A DNA stretch of 64,000 nt from Candidatus Zixiibacteriota bacterium (GTDB taxonomy: Bacteria; RBG-13-66-14; B26-G2; WVWN01), in assembly GCA_050117845.1 (NCBI GenBank), contig JASFLY010000014.1, positions 1 to 64,000 of the forward strand, in the 5' to 3' direction. Under the pieces are notes generated by a model. That model was not told the DNA's origin. It saw only the letters and a list, made by a program, of their open reading frames with translations, and ran no database searches. Both the position numbers and the translations under genes were made by a program. Below are positions 36,314-45,222 of the stretch, one piece after another (within the stretch, counting starts at the first letter, position 1; each line of letters starts with the position of its first letter).

Positions 36314-37849
36314 ATGCACGCGCGAGTCCTGTCTGCCGGGCTACTCGGCATTGACGCTTATCCCGTGGAAGTCGAAGTGGACGCCGGCGCCGGCGTCCAG
36401 GGCATGTTCACCGTCGTCGGCCTGCCCGACGCCGCGGTTAAGGAGTCCCGCGACCGCGTACAGGCGGCCATACGGAACTCCGGCTTCACGGTCAAGTTCA
36501 AACGCTACACCGTCAACCTGGCCCCAGCGGACGTGCGCAAGGAAGGCCCCTCCTTCGACCTTCCCATATCGCTGGGCCTCCTCCTCGCCACCGACCAGTT
36601 GGAGATAGGGAGGGAAGGCGACTACGTGGTGGTGGGGGAACTGGCGCTGGACGGGACGGTGCGGCCCGTGCGGGGCGCTTTGCCCGTGGCGGTGTGCGCC
36701 CGCGACGCCGGCTGCCGGGGCGTTCTGGTCCCCGCCGAGAACGCCAACGAGGCCGCGGTCGTCGACGGCGTGGACGTCATACCGGTGGAGTCGCTCGCCC
36801 AGGCCGCGGCCTTCCTCGCCGGCGGAGAGGACGTAACGCCCCGCGACGTGGACGTGGCCGCGGTCTTCGACGGCAGCCGCGTCTACCGGGCCGACTTCGC
36901 CGACGTCAAGGGCCAGGAGCACGCCAAGCGCGCGCTGGAGGTGGCGGCCGCCGGCGGCCACAACGTCCTGATGCTGGGGCCGCCCGGCTCCGGCAAGACC
37001 ATGCTGGCCCGGCGTCTCCCCACCATAATCCCAGACATGTCGCTCGACGAGGCGCTGGAGACGACGAAGGTCCACTCCGTCGCGGGCCTGTTGCCCCGGG
37101 ACAACGCGCTCGTCGCGGCCCGGCCTTTCCGGGCGCCGCACCACACCGTCTCGGAGGCGGGGCTGGTGGGCGGCGGCTCCATCCCCCGGCCGGGGGAAGT
37201 GTCGCTCGCGCACAACGGCGTTCTCTTCCTCGACGAGCTGCCGGAGTTCAAACGCTCCACCCTAGAGGTCCTCCGCCAGCCGCTGGAGGACGGCGGCGTC
37301 ACCATCTCCCGGGCCAAGATATCGCTTTCCTTCCCGGCGCGCTTCATGCTGGCCGCGGCCATGAACCCGTGCCCCTGCGGCTGGCTGGGCTCGCCGACGC
37401 GGCAATGCCGGTGTTCGCCCCCGCAAGTGCACAATTACCTCAACCGCATTTCGGGGCCGCTGCTCGACCGCGTCGACATCCACCTCGAGGTCCCGGCGGT
37501 CCGCTACAAGGAGCTGACGGACGAGCGGCGCGGCGAGTCCTCCGCGGCCATCCGGGAACGGGTCAACCTCGCCCGCGACGTCCAGCGGCGCCGCTTCGCC
37601 GGGTCGGGCATCCATTGCAACGCCCAGATGACCACCCGCGGCGTCGAGCGCTACTGCGCCCCGGACGCCGAGGGCGAGAAGCTCCTCCGCACCGCCATCG
37701 AGAAGCTGGGCCTCACGGCCCGGGCGTACCACCGCGTCCTCAAGCTCGCCCGGACCATAGCCGATCTGGCGGGGGAGGAGGCCGTGGCGGCGGGCCACGT
37801 CTCCGAGGCCATCCAGTACCGGACGCTGGACCGCCAGGGTTGGGTATGA
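36314..37849 (+). CDS. comM: YifB/ComM Mg-chelatase-like AAA+ ATPase
   Basis: VGLPDAAVKESRDRV, GPPGSGKTMLA, PFRAPHH, PGEVSLAHNGVLFLDELPEF, AMNPCPCG. Confidence 0.95.
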   Translation: MHARVLSAGLLGIDAYPVEVEVDAGAGVQGMFTVVGLPDAAVKESRDRVQAAIRNSGFTVKFKRYTVNLAPADVRKEGPSFDLPISLGLLLATDQLEIGREGDYVVVGELALDGTVRPVRGALPVAVCARDAGCRGVLVPAENANEAAVVDGVDVIPVESLAQAAAFLAGGEDVTPRDVDVAAVFDGSRVYRADFADVKGQEHAKRALEVAAAGGHNVLMLGPPGSGKTMLARRLPTIIPDMSLDEALETTKVHSVAGLLPRDNALVAARPFRAPHHTVSEAGLVGGGSIPRPGEVSLAHNGVLFLDELPEFKRSTLEVLRQPLEDGGVTISRAKISLSFPARFMLAAAMNPCPCGWLGSPTRQCRCSPPQVHNYLNRISGPLLDRVDIHLEVPAVRYKELTDERRGESSAAIRERVNLARDVQRRRFAGSGIHCNAQMTTRGVERYCAPDAEGEKLLRTAIEKLGLTARAYHRVLKLARTIADLAGEEAVAAGHVSEAIQYRTLDRQGWV

Positions 37850-37938
37850 CATAAACTTGATAAGCGATCGAATATATATTATAATATAATAAGTCATAAT
37901 TAACTTTTGCGTTAACGGACTGAACAGGGGGTATTAAA

Positions 37939-38679
37939 ATGGGAACAACGTATTGGCGGGGCGCGCTCGCCGTTATGCTATTGGCCGCGGCCGCGGCCTG
38001 GAGTACCGGCGGTTCCATCGTAGCGTCGTTCGAATCTCCTCACGCCTCGGGAACGCCCCGGGGCCTGGCGTACGCCACTCCCCACAGCCGCATCTATCAC
38101 GTCTCCGATACGACCAATATGATATACGGGACCGACGCCGCCGGGGCCGTATTGGTTTCCATTCCTTGTCCCGCCGACACCTGGGGCGTCGAGGGCGCGT
38201 ACCATTATTACTGGACGTGTACGCGTTCCGCGACGGGCCTTATTTACCGTATCAATACGACCGGCAGCGTGGAGACCTCCTTCCCGGCCCCGGCCAACGC
38301 GACCGGCATCACGCGCGACGACACGCACCTTTGGGTCTCGTCCGACGCTACGGACTACGTCTACCGTGTGACGACCTCGGGATCGCTCGCCGCCTCTTTC
38401 GCGGCGCCGGGGGATAACAGCGCCGGCCTCGACTGGGACGGCGACTACCTGTGGCTCGCCGACTCGAGTGGCGATTCCAAAATATACCAGCTTACGACCT
38501 CGGGGTCGGTGATGCGGATGCTGGACGTACCGGTAGGCCGGGCGGCCGGTGTGGCCTTCGACGGTACGTACGTATGGTACGCGAATTACGTCGGGGCCAA
38601 GTACGTGTACCGGATAACTATCGGCGACGTCGGCGTCGAACCGGCGTCGTTCGGCCGATTGAAGGCGCTGTTCCGCTAG
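37939..38679 (+). CDS. Secreted beta-propeller P1 with C-terminal tag
   Basis: Signal peptide; TTSGS..SF.AP..G..WDG.YLW repeats; ends VGVEPASFGRLKALFR. Confidence 0.85.
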   Translation: MGTTYWRGALAVMLLAAAAAWSTGGSIVASFESPHASGTPRGLAYATPHSRIYHVSDTTNMIYGTDAAGAVLVSIPCPADTWGVEGAYHYYWTCTRSATGLIYRINTTGSVETSFPAPANATGITRDDTHLWVSSDATDYVYRVTTSGSLAASFAAPGDNSAGLDWDGDYLWLADSSGDSKIYQLTTSGSVMRMLDVPVGRAAGVAFDGTYVWYANYVGAKYVYRITIGDVGVEPASFGRLKALFR

Positions 38680-38727
38680 CTTTTAAAGCGCCGGTCATGT
38701 CGGCCGGCTTTTCGGAACGCACGGCCC

Positions 38728-38756
38728 TTGACACGGCCGGGTTGCCGGAGTATAAT
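38728..38756 (+). promoter_or_regulatory. Consensus sigma70 promoter
   Basis: TTGACA, 17 bp, TATAAT. Confidence 0.8.
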
Positions 38757-38804
38757 TAAAATGGTCCAAGGGGTCCCGGCGGACGGGCCCCGGGACGAAA
38801 AGAT

Positions 38805-39560
38805 ATGAGAACCGCGACGGCATTGATTGCGATAGCGCTGGTAACCGCGTGGGCGTCGGCGACCGAGATGGGATCGTTCGTCTCGTCGTTCGAGTCGCCG
38901 TGCAACGACCGCGTGGACGGCATCGGTTACCACGACGGCCTGTTGTATCACGCCAACTACAACGGCCCGGCCGAGGTTATCGTAACCCGGACCGGCGGCG
39001 CCGTCGTGTCGTCTTTGCCGGATCCCCGTTACGCGGTGGACGTCGATTATACCGGCTCCGCGTACTGGGTCTATTCCCGCTGGTCGCAGGTACCCTTCAA
39101 CCGCATCGTGCAGATGAACGGCGCCGGGAGCGTCGTCGAGACCTTCGCGGCGCCGACGAACGGCGAGGGGATAACCTACGGCGGCGGCTATTTATGGTAC
39201 TCCACCGGCGGCAACCACAACTGGAATTACGTTTACCAGCTCGACGCGTCGGCGTCGGTCGTGTCGTCGTTCCAGGCGCCCCACGGCCTGGGTTACACCA
39301 ACCGCGGCATCGACTGGGACGGCGAAGCCCTTTTCGTGGTGCAGGACGGCGCTTCGGGCGGATACGTATACCGCATGACCACCACCGGGTCGGTGCTGAA
39401 CTCGCACTTTATCGAGTTCGGCGGCCCCACCGGCGTAGCCTGGGACGGCCGATACTTGTGGTTATCGGATAAAAATACCGAGTGGGTATACCGTATGACC
39501 TGGACCGACGTCGCCGTGGAACCGGCGTCGCTCGGGAAGGTCCGGGCGTTGTTTAGGTGA
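38805..39560 (+). CDS. Secreted beta-propeller P2 with C-terminal tag
   Basis: Same repeats as P1; ends VAVEPASLGKVRALFR. Confidence 0.85.
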   Translation: MRTATALIAIALVTAWASATEMGSFVSSFESPCNDRVDGIGYHDGLLYHANYNGPAEVIVTRTGGAVVSSLPDPRYAVDVDYTGSAYWVYSRWSQVPFNRIVQMNGAGSVVETFAAPTNGEGITYGGGYLWYSTGGNHNWNYVYQLDASASVVSSFQAPHGLGYTNRGIDWDGEALFVVQDGASGGYVYRMTTTGSVLNSHFIEFGGPTGVAWDGRYLWLSDKNTEWVYRMTWTDVAVEPASLGKVRALFR

Positions 39561-39570
39561 GTTTCATGTC

Positions 39571-39615
39571 ATGATTTAGGAAAAAGTTAGCCGCCCTTCG
39601 GGGCGGCTTTTTTTT
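39571..39615 (+). terminator. Terminator block, duplicated at 42388..42430
   Basis: ATGATTTAGGAAAAA.TTAGCCGCCC.TCGGGGCGGCTTTTTT present at both sites. Confidence 0.8.
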
Positions 39616-39884
39616 AGGTAGAATTACCGAAGGAGTCGGCCCAAGGTATAACCCATAATTATAAATTAATCCACCGTAAGTGTATATAAATTCAGAATAT
39701 ATGTAAATAATATAGCATTAATAATCGTCTATATATTTATATATGTGAGGTTAACACGATAATATATAGATTATTATTGTATCAATATTATCAATTATTT
39801 TATTTGACCTATCACATATTAGGTGTTTTAAATAAAAGGGAAGAGATTTAAACTGTTTAACCATTTAACTCAGGAGGCAGCGTA

Positions 39885-40316
39885 ATGGTCACGAAATATT
39901 TCCGGTGGGTAGCGGTTGCGGCGTTCGCCGTGGGAGTAGGTTTGCTGGTCGGTTGTTCGGAGGTAGGAGAGCCGACGACGCCGTTGGCAACGACGGATAC
40001 GGACGAGGATTATGGCGTGTTCGGTACGGTCTATGATAACGAAGACGAATCGGTCGCGAACCCCGTTCCCAACTGCGATTGCTCCGTGTATTGTTGGGAT
40101 TGCCAGACGTTTGTGTTCGGCAGTGATACCTCCAACCAGTACGGTGGTTACGAGTGTAGGACTACGCCCTCTGTAGCCAGTGCCCACGACACTCACGAAA
40201 TGACCGTTTACGGGAGTACTAACGGCATGACGATAACTCACGAATCGTACATGTTCGAGTTCTCTGCTCCGAAAGATTTGGACGTCAACCTCTACCCCGC
40301 GGGCGGCGACGACTAA
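39885..40316 (+). CDS. Cys/His-rich lipoprotein L1
   Basis: AGGAGG SD, LVGC lipobox, CSVYCWDC..C..AHDTH. Confidence 0.85.
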   Translation: MVTKYFRWVAVAAFAVGVGLLVGCSEVGEPTTPLATTDTDEDYGVFGTVYDNEDESVANPVPNCDCSVYCWDCQTFVFGSDTSNQYGGYECRTTPSVASAHDTHEMTVYGSTNGMTITHESYMFEFSAPKDLDVNLYPAGGDD

Positions 40317-40425
40317 TCGCCGGGCCCCGTGAAGCGGAAGCCGCCCTCGAGGGGCGGCTTCCCTTCGATTAACGCATTGAGCGGTTCTCGATATTGGGGA
40401 AGTATTTACCTAAGGAGGTAGCGTA

Positions 40426-40857
40426 ATGTTAACGGGATATTTTCGGTGGGTAGCGGTTGCGGCGTTCGCCCTGGGAGTAGGATTACTGGTAGGGTGTTCC
40501 GACGTCGGCGAAACTGCGACGCCTGTAGTAACGACGGATAGAGACCCGGCTTACGGAGTCGGGGGTACGGTTTATGACAACGAAGACGAAACGGTTGCGA
40601 ACCCCGTTCCCAACTGTGCATGCTCCGTTTATTGTTGGGATTGCGAGACGTTCGTGTTTAATCCGGATACTTCCGATCTGAATGGTATTTACTGGTGCGA
40701 TGCTACGCCCTCCGAGGCGAGTGCACACGACGGCCACGAAATGGCCGTTTACGGAACCACTAACGGTATGACGATAACGCACGAATCACCGCGGTTTGAA
40801 TTCACAGCTCCGAACGAATGGGGAATTAACCTTCACCCCGCCGGCGGCGATGACTAA
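40426..40857 (+). CDS. Cys/His-rich lipoprotein L2
   Basis: AGGAGG SD, LVGC lipobox, CSVYCWDC..C..AHDGH. Confidence 0.85.
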   Translation: MLTGYFRWVAVAAFALGVGLLVGCSDVGETATPVVTTDRDPAYGVGGTVYDNEDETVANPVPNCACSVYCWDCETFVFNPDTSDLNGIYWCDATPSEASAHDGHEMAVYGTTNGMTITHESPRFEFTAPNEWGINLHPAGGDD

Positions 40858-40914
40858 TAACGCAGCGAGCGGTTGTTCAATAACGGGGAAACATTCGACG
40901 AAGGAGGTAGCGTA

Positions 40915-41346
40915 ATGTTAACGGGATATTTTCGGTGGGTAGTGGTCGCGGCGTTCGCCCTGGGAGTAGGTTTGCTGGTCGGGTGTTCGGACGTCGGCGA
41001 ACCGACGGTTTCGCCCTCGGCGTTACAAGAAGATATCCCGTATGGCGTGGCGGGCGCCGTATACGATGACGAGGATCTGACGGTAGCGAATCCCGTTCCG
41101 GGGGTTTACTGCGTCGTATGGTGTCACGACTGCGAGACCTACGTGTTTAGTGCTGATACTTCGGATATAAACGGCTCTTACTACTGCACAGCGCCGCCGT
41201 ATGAGGCGGCCGCCCACGACGGCCACATGATGACGGTTTACGGGATAGTTAATAACGAGGTAGTATATGCGTCGTATATGTTCCAATATTCTATGACGTC
41301 GTTATCGATGTTCAACGTTAACCTCTATCCCGTCGTCGACGGTTAA
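40915..41346 (+). CDS. Cys/His-rich lipoprotein L3
   Basis: AGGAGG SD, start MLTGYF, CVVWCHDC..C..AHDGH. Confidence 0.85.
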   Translation: MLTGYFRWVVVAAFALGVGLLVGCSDVGEPTVSPSALQEDIPYGVAGAVYDDEDLTVANPVPGVYCVVWCHDCETYVFSADTSDINGSYYCTAPPYEAAAHDGHMMTVYGIVNNEVVYASYMFQYSMTSLSMFNVNLYPVVDG

Positions 41347-41554
41347 CCACCTCATTTGCAGAACGCCCAGGCCGCCCTTCGGGGCGGCTTTTTGTTGGGG
41401 GGGGGCCGCCGTTGTCGGGCGGATCCAGGTGGCTCTCCGGCGAAGATATCGCCGCCTCGGGAATAAAAAGGGCGCACGGCACCCGCGAATATCAACCCTA
41501 TTACCTCCTGTCGGGGTCGAGGAGGCCTGGCAGGTTAGGTTGAAGAATAATATC

Positions 41555-41583
41555 TTGACAACTTGCGCGTGAAATGATATTAT
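41555..41583 (+). promoter_or_regulatory. sigma70 promoter
   Basis: TTGACA, 17 bp, TG-n-TATTAT. Confidence 0.72.
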
Positions 41584-41649
41584 ATCATATAGGATTAGAT
41601 TTGGGAGTTAAGGGCAGTTAATTTATCGTTTTTTTCAAAGGAGGCGCGA

Positions 41650-42381
41650 ATGCGCAGTAGGGTAATCATCGTAGCAGGTTCTATCTTGGTTGCAGGGATG
41701 GCTTTCGGTGCAGGATCCATAATATCGTCGTTCCTTTCGCCCGTCACCTCGAGCCCCATAGGGATGTGTTACAACGGCGGGTATATTTACCACATGAGCC
41801 ACACCGACGGTGCGGTTTTCAAAACGACGACGACGGGCTCCGTCGTAAGTAGTATAACCGGTCCGTCGAGCGGCATCGGCGTTCACTTCACCGGTACCCA
41901 CTACTGGACTACCACCTATTCCCCCGGTGTGGCGTATTACCGCGACTCGAGCGGGAGTATTATCAGCTCGTTCGCCGGCCCGGCGAACGGTTACGGCATT
42001 ACGAGCGACGGGACGAATCTCTGGTATTCATCCTCCCGTAGCGGGAACTACATTTGGCAGCTGACTACGGCGGGCTCGGTTATCTCGTCAGTTGAGGGCC
42101 CGGGCACCTTTAACGGCGGCGTCGATTGGGATTCGCGCGGCTATATATGGGTGGCCAACTGGCCCAGCTCTAACGGCGGGATCTACCGGATAACGACCGC
42201 CGGCTCCGTCGTGGAGTCGTACTCGCCGGTACCCGCGGGCACCAGGCCGTCGGGTTGCGCCTGGGACGGTACGTACGTTTGGTATTGCGATTACACCGGT
42301 AAATACGTGTACCAGATGGACACCGAACTAACCAGTATTACCCCGGCCTCGGTCGGTAAGGTTAAGGCGCTGTTCCGGTAA
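41650..42381 (+). CDS. Secreted beta-propeller P3 with C-terminal tag
   Basis: Same repeats as P1; ends TSITPASVGKVKALFR. Confidence 0.85.
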   Translation: MRSRVIIVAGSILVAGMAFGAGSIISSFLSPVTSSPIGMCYNGGYIYHMSHTDGAVFKTTTTGSVVSSITGPSSGIGVHFTGTHYWTTTYSPGVAYYRDSSGSIISSFAGPANGYGITSDGTNLWYSSSRSGNYIWQLTTAGSVISSVEGPGTFNGGVDWDSRGYIWVANWPSSNGGIYRITTAGSVVESYSPVPAGTRPSGCAWDGTYVWYCDYTGKYVYQMDTELTSITPASVGKVKALFR

Positions 42382-42551
42382 GTTTTAATGATTTAGGAAA
42401 AAATTAGCCGCCCCTCGGGGCGGCTTTTTTGTTGCCGCGTTCCTGATTAACGGAAACCGCGGTTTTCGCCCTTGACTTATAAGTCGGTATTGATTAAAGT
42501 GAGTGCAAATAAAATAACGTCGTATTAAGACCTTATCCAAGGAGAGGAAAT

Positions 42552-43325
42552 ATGCTTAAAGCGGTAGCGGTAGGGGTTATCGGCCTCGGCATGGTAGTCT
42601 CGGCGTTCGCCGCGCTGGGGGACGTCGTCGGGTCAGTCCCCATACCGGACGTCCAATACGGCCTGGCGATGAGCGAATCGTATCTGTACGTTTGCGCGAA
42701 TTATACCGGGGGTAAAGCAATCTACCGGATTCACCCGACGAGTGGTTCAATCTTCAATCACTTCACAGCTGCCGGCGCCGACCCGACCAGGGGCCTGGCT
42801 TACCAGTCGGGCGGATATCTCTATCAGGTTGCCCCCTTTGAGAGTACACCTCTTGGCGTACTTTTTAAGACGGCCGAGGCCAACGGAAGCGTATACGAAT
42901 CGTACGATATCCTCCCTTACAGCTCGGGTGCGGCTCCTCTCGCGACGGGCGACGGGGGCGCGGGCACCTCCCGTATCATAGTGTCTAACTCCTTGTACCA
43001 GTTTTTGATTTATTATACTACCACCGGCAGTATGGTCCGTTCCCATAATACGTCTCAACCGTTAATCGAAATCGCGTACGACTGGCGCAACGGGCTCGTT
43101 TGGGGGGGCGGGTTAGACGGCAATCGGATATACGGTTATAACACTAACGGCTCGCTCGTCGCCTCGTTCACCTATCCGGGTGCCAACGTTTACGGTATCG
43201 CCTATTACGGCCAGTATCTCTGGGTCGGCGCCGGCTCCTCGCTGGTGGTATACCGGATCCATTGCCCGGGTACGGTCAACGTACAACCCGCCTCGATGGG
43301 TAAAATCAAAGCGATGTACCGGTAG
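42552..43325 (+). CDS. Secreted beta-propeller P4 with C-terminal tag
   Basis: Signal peptide, more diverged repeats; ends VNVQPASMGKIKAMYR. Confidence 0.82.
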   Translation: MLKAVAVGVIGLGMVVSAFAALGDVVGSVPIPDVQYGLAMSESYLYVCANYTGGKAIYRIHPTSGSIFNHFTAAGADPTRGLAYQSGGYLYQVAPFESTPLGVLFKTAEANGSVYESYDILPYSSGAAPLATGDGGAGTSRIIVSNSLYQFLIYYTTTGSMVRSHNTSQPLIEIAYDWRNGLVWGGGLDGNRIYGYNTNGSLVASFTYPGANVYGIAYYGQYLWVGAGSSLVVYRIHCPGTVNVQPASMGKIKAMYR

Positions 43326-43604
43326 TCCCGAAAGCGATACGCTTCCGAAAGCCGCCTCCCGGGGCGGCTTTTTCCGTGGGCCATAATCTTCGGTATGACG
43401 ATAATAGCGATTCGCGTAAGTGTATATTTATTCTGAATAACAGTCAATATAATGCTATTAATAATCGTTTTTAGTGGTAGTATTAATATAATTATACTTT
43501 ATATATAGGACCTATGATTTAATTTGACTTGTCGTAATACGTGTATTATAATTAGTCGGGAAGAGGTTTAAACCATTTAACGGTTTAACTGAGGAGGTAG
43601 CGTA

Positions 43605-44027
43605 ATGATCGCGAAATACTTACGGTGGGTAGCGGTTGCGGCGTTCGCCGTGGGCGTCGGTTTGCTGGCCGGGTGTTCGGAGGTGGGAGAGCCGACGACC
43701 AGTTCGGGCGATTCGGGGTTAGACACTTGGTACGGCGTGACGGGCTTCGTATACACTACCGATCCCGGCGGCGGGTTTACGCCGGTTGAAGGCGTGTACT
43801 GCTGCGTGTATTGTTGGGACTGCGCGTCTTACGTATTTGGGAGTGATACGTCCAACAAGTACGGCCAATACTGGTGCCAAGGTACTTACGCGGAGGCCAT
43901 CGCTCACGACGGCCATACCATGACGGTCTATGGGATAGTGGATAACGTCGTGGCTTACGAGTCGGCCCAGTTCGAATTCGAATACCCGAGCGTTACGGTT
44001 AACCTCTACCCGGCCGGTGGCGATTAA
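43605..44027 (+). CDS. Cys/His-rich lipoprotein L4
   Basis: AGGAGG SD, LAGC lipobox, CCVYCWDC..C..AHDGH. Confidence 0.85.
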   Translation: MIAKYLRWVAVAAFAVGVGLLAGCSEVGEPTTSSGDSGLDTWYGVTGFVYTTDPGGGFTPVEGVYCCVYCWDCASYVFGSDTSNKYGQYWCQGTYAEAIAHDGHTMTVYGIVDNVVAYESAQFEFEYPSVTVNLYPAGGD

Positions 44028-44143
44028 CCGCCGAAGCTCATGTTAACCGAGGCCGCCCTTCGGGGCGGCTTTTTTCGGCCGCGGACGGATTACAAGCGAA
44101 TTAATTTGACCGCCCCCGTCCTCACCTATTATAATATAGGGTT

Positions 44144-45055
44144 ATGTTGCGCCGTTTCACGCGCCCTCTGCGCCACGGCCTATTGTACCTCGGCTTCCTC
44201 CTGTTCCGCGGCCTCGTGGCCCTGACGCCCCGGCGCCTGGCGCTCGCGGCCGGGGGGCCGCTGGGCCGGTTGGCCTACGCCGCCGGCGGCAGGACCCGCG
44301 ACGCCGCCCGAGGCCGCATCGCCGAAACGCTCGGCGTGGACGACGGGGAAGCGGGCCGCATCTGCCGGGGGATGTACCGCAACTTCACGCTGGGCCTCCT
44401 CGACCTCCTAATCTTCAGCGGCTGGCGCAAGCGCGGCCTCTCCCGCGCCGTCGAGGTGGAGGGCTTCGAGCACGTTACGCGGGCGATGGCCGAAGGCCGG
44501 GGGGTCGTGGGGATAACCGGCCACCTGTCGAACTGGGAACTCCTGGGCGGCTACGTGGCCTCCCGTTTGGGGGGCATCGCCGTCCTGGCGACGCCGGCCT
44601 ACGACCGCAACTTCGACCGGGCCGCCCGGCTGGCGCGGCGCCGCCTGGACGTCAGGACCATCTACCGGACCGAACCGCCCGCGGTGGCGTTCGGTTGGTT
44701 GCGGGACGGCGGCTTCCTGGGTACGGTCGCGGATCAGGACATTTCGGACGTCCCGGGTGTCATAGTGGACTTTTTGGGCCGGCCCGCCCGGACGCCGGTG
44801 GGGCCGGCGCTCTTCGCCCGTCGGGCCGGGGCGCCGCTGGTCCCCATCGTTATTATCCGAAAAGACGATAACAATTACCGCATCGTAGCGGAGGAGCCGG
44901 TGACGCCGTCGGCCGCCCCCCGGGTGAAGGACGCCCTGCGGGAGGACACCGCGGCCTGGTCGGCGGCGCTGGGGAAATGGATAGCCCGTTACCCGGAACA
45001 ATGGGTATGGGTCCACGACCGCTGGAGCCGGGCCGCGGGGGCGGATACGGAGTAA
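44144..45055 (+). CDS. Lipid A biosynthesis acyltransferase (HtrB/LpxL family)
   Basis: TGHLSNWE, VADQD, DFLGRPA, YPEQWVWVHDRW; TTGACC-18-TATAAT just before the ATG (near-leaderless). Confidence 0.88.
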   Translation: MLRRFTRPLRHGLLYLGFLLFRGLVALTPRRLALAAGGPLGRLAYAAGGRTRDAARGRIAETLGVDDGEAGRICRGMYRNFTLGLLDLLIFSGWRKRGLSRAVEVEGFEHVTRAMAEGRGVVGITGHLSNWELLGGYVASRLGGIAVLATPAYDRNFDRAARLARRRLDVRTIYRTEPPAVAFGWLRDGGFLGTVADQDISDVPGVIVDFLGRPARTPVGPALFARRAGAPLVPIVIIRKDDNNYRIVAEEPVTPSAAPRVKDALREDTAAWSAALGKWIARYPEQWVWVHDRWSRAAGADTE

Positions 45056-45222
45056 GCTTTTTTTACGACACCACTTTAGGTACGGCGAGTTTATTTTCTG
45101 GAATCGTTAAATTTACTTGACGCCGAAGTCGGTATGTGATAAATATTATGCGGATTAAACTGCACTTTAAACATGCCACCCGATTCGAGTTGTTGCCTAT
45201 GTTTAGGATTAACTCGGCACGG

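Noticed and set aside
39885..41346. L1-L3 repeats as a CRISPR array or DGR template/variable repeats
   Set aside because: The repeats are whole coding genes; no cas or reverse transcriptase gene, and differences are not obviously adenine-specific
41353..41510. Minus-strand AGGAGGT plus TTG giving a 47-aa ORF inside the array
   Set aside because: It runs through a terminator and a G-run and has no homology cues; at most a remnant
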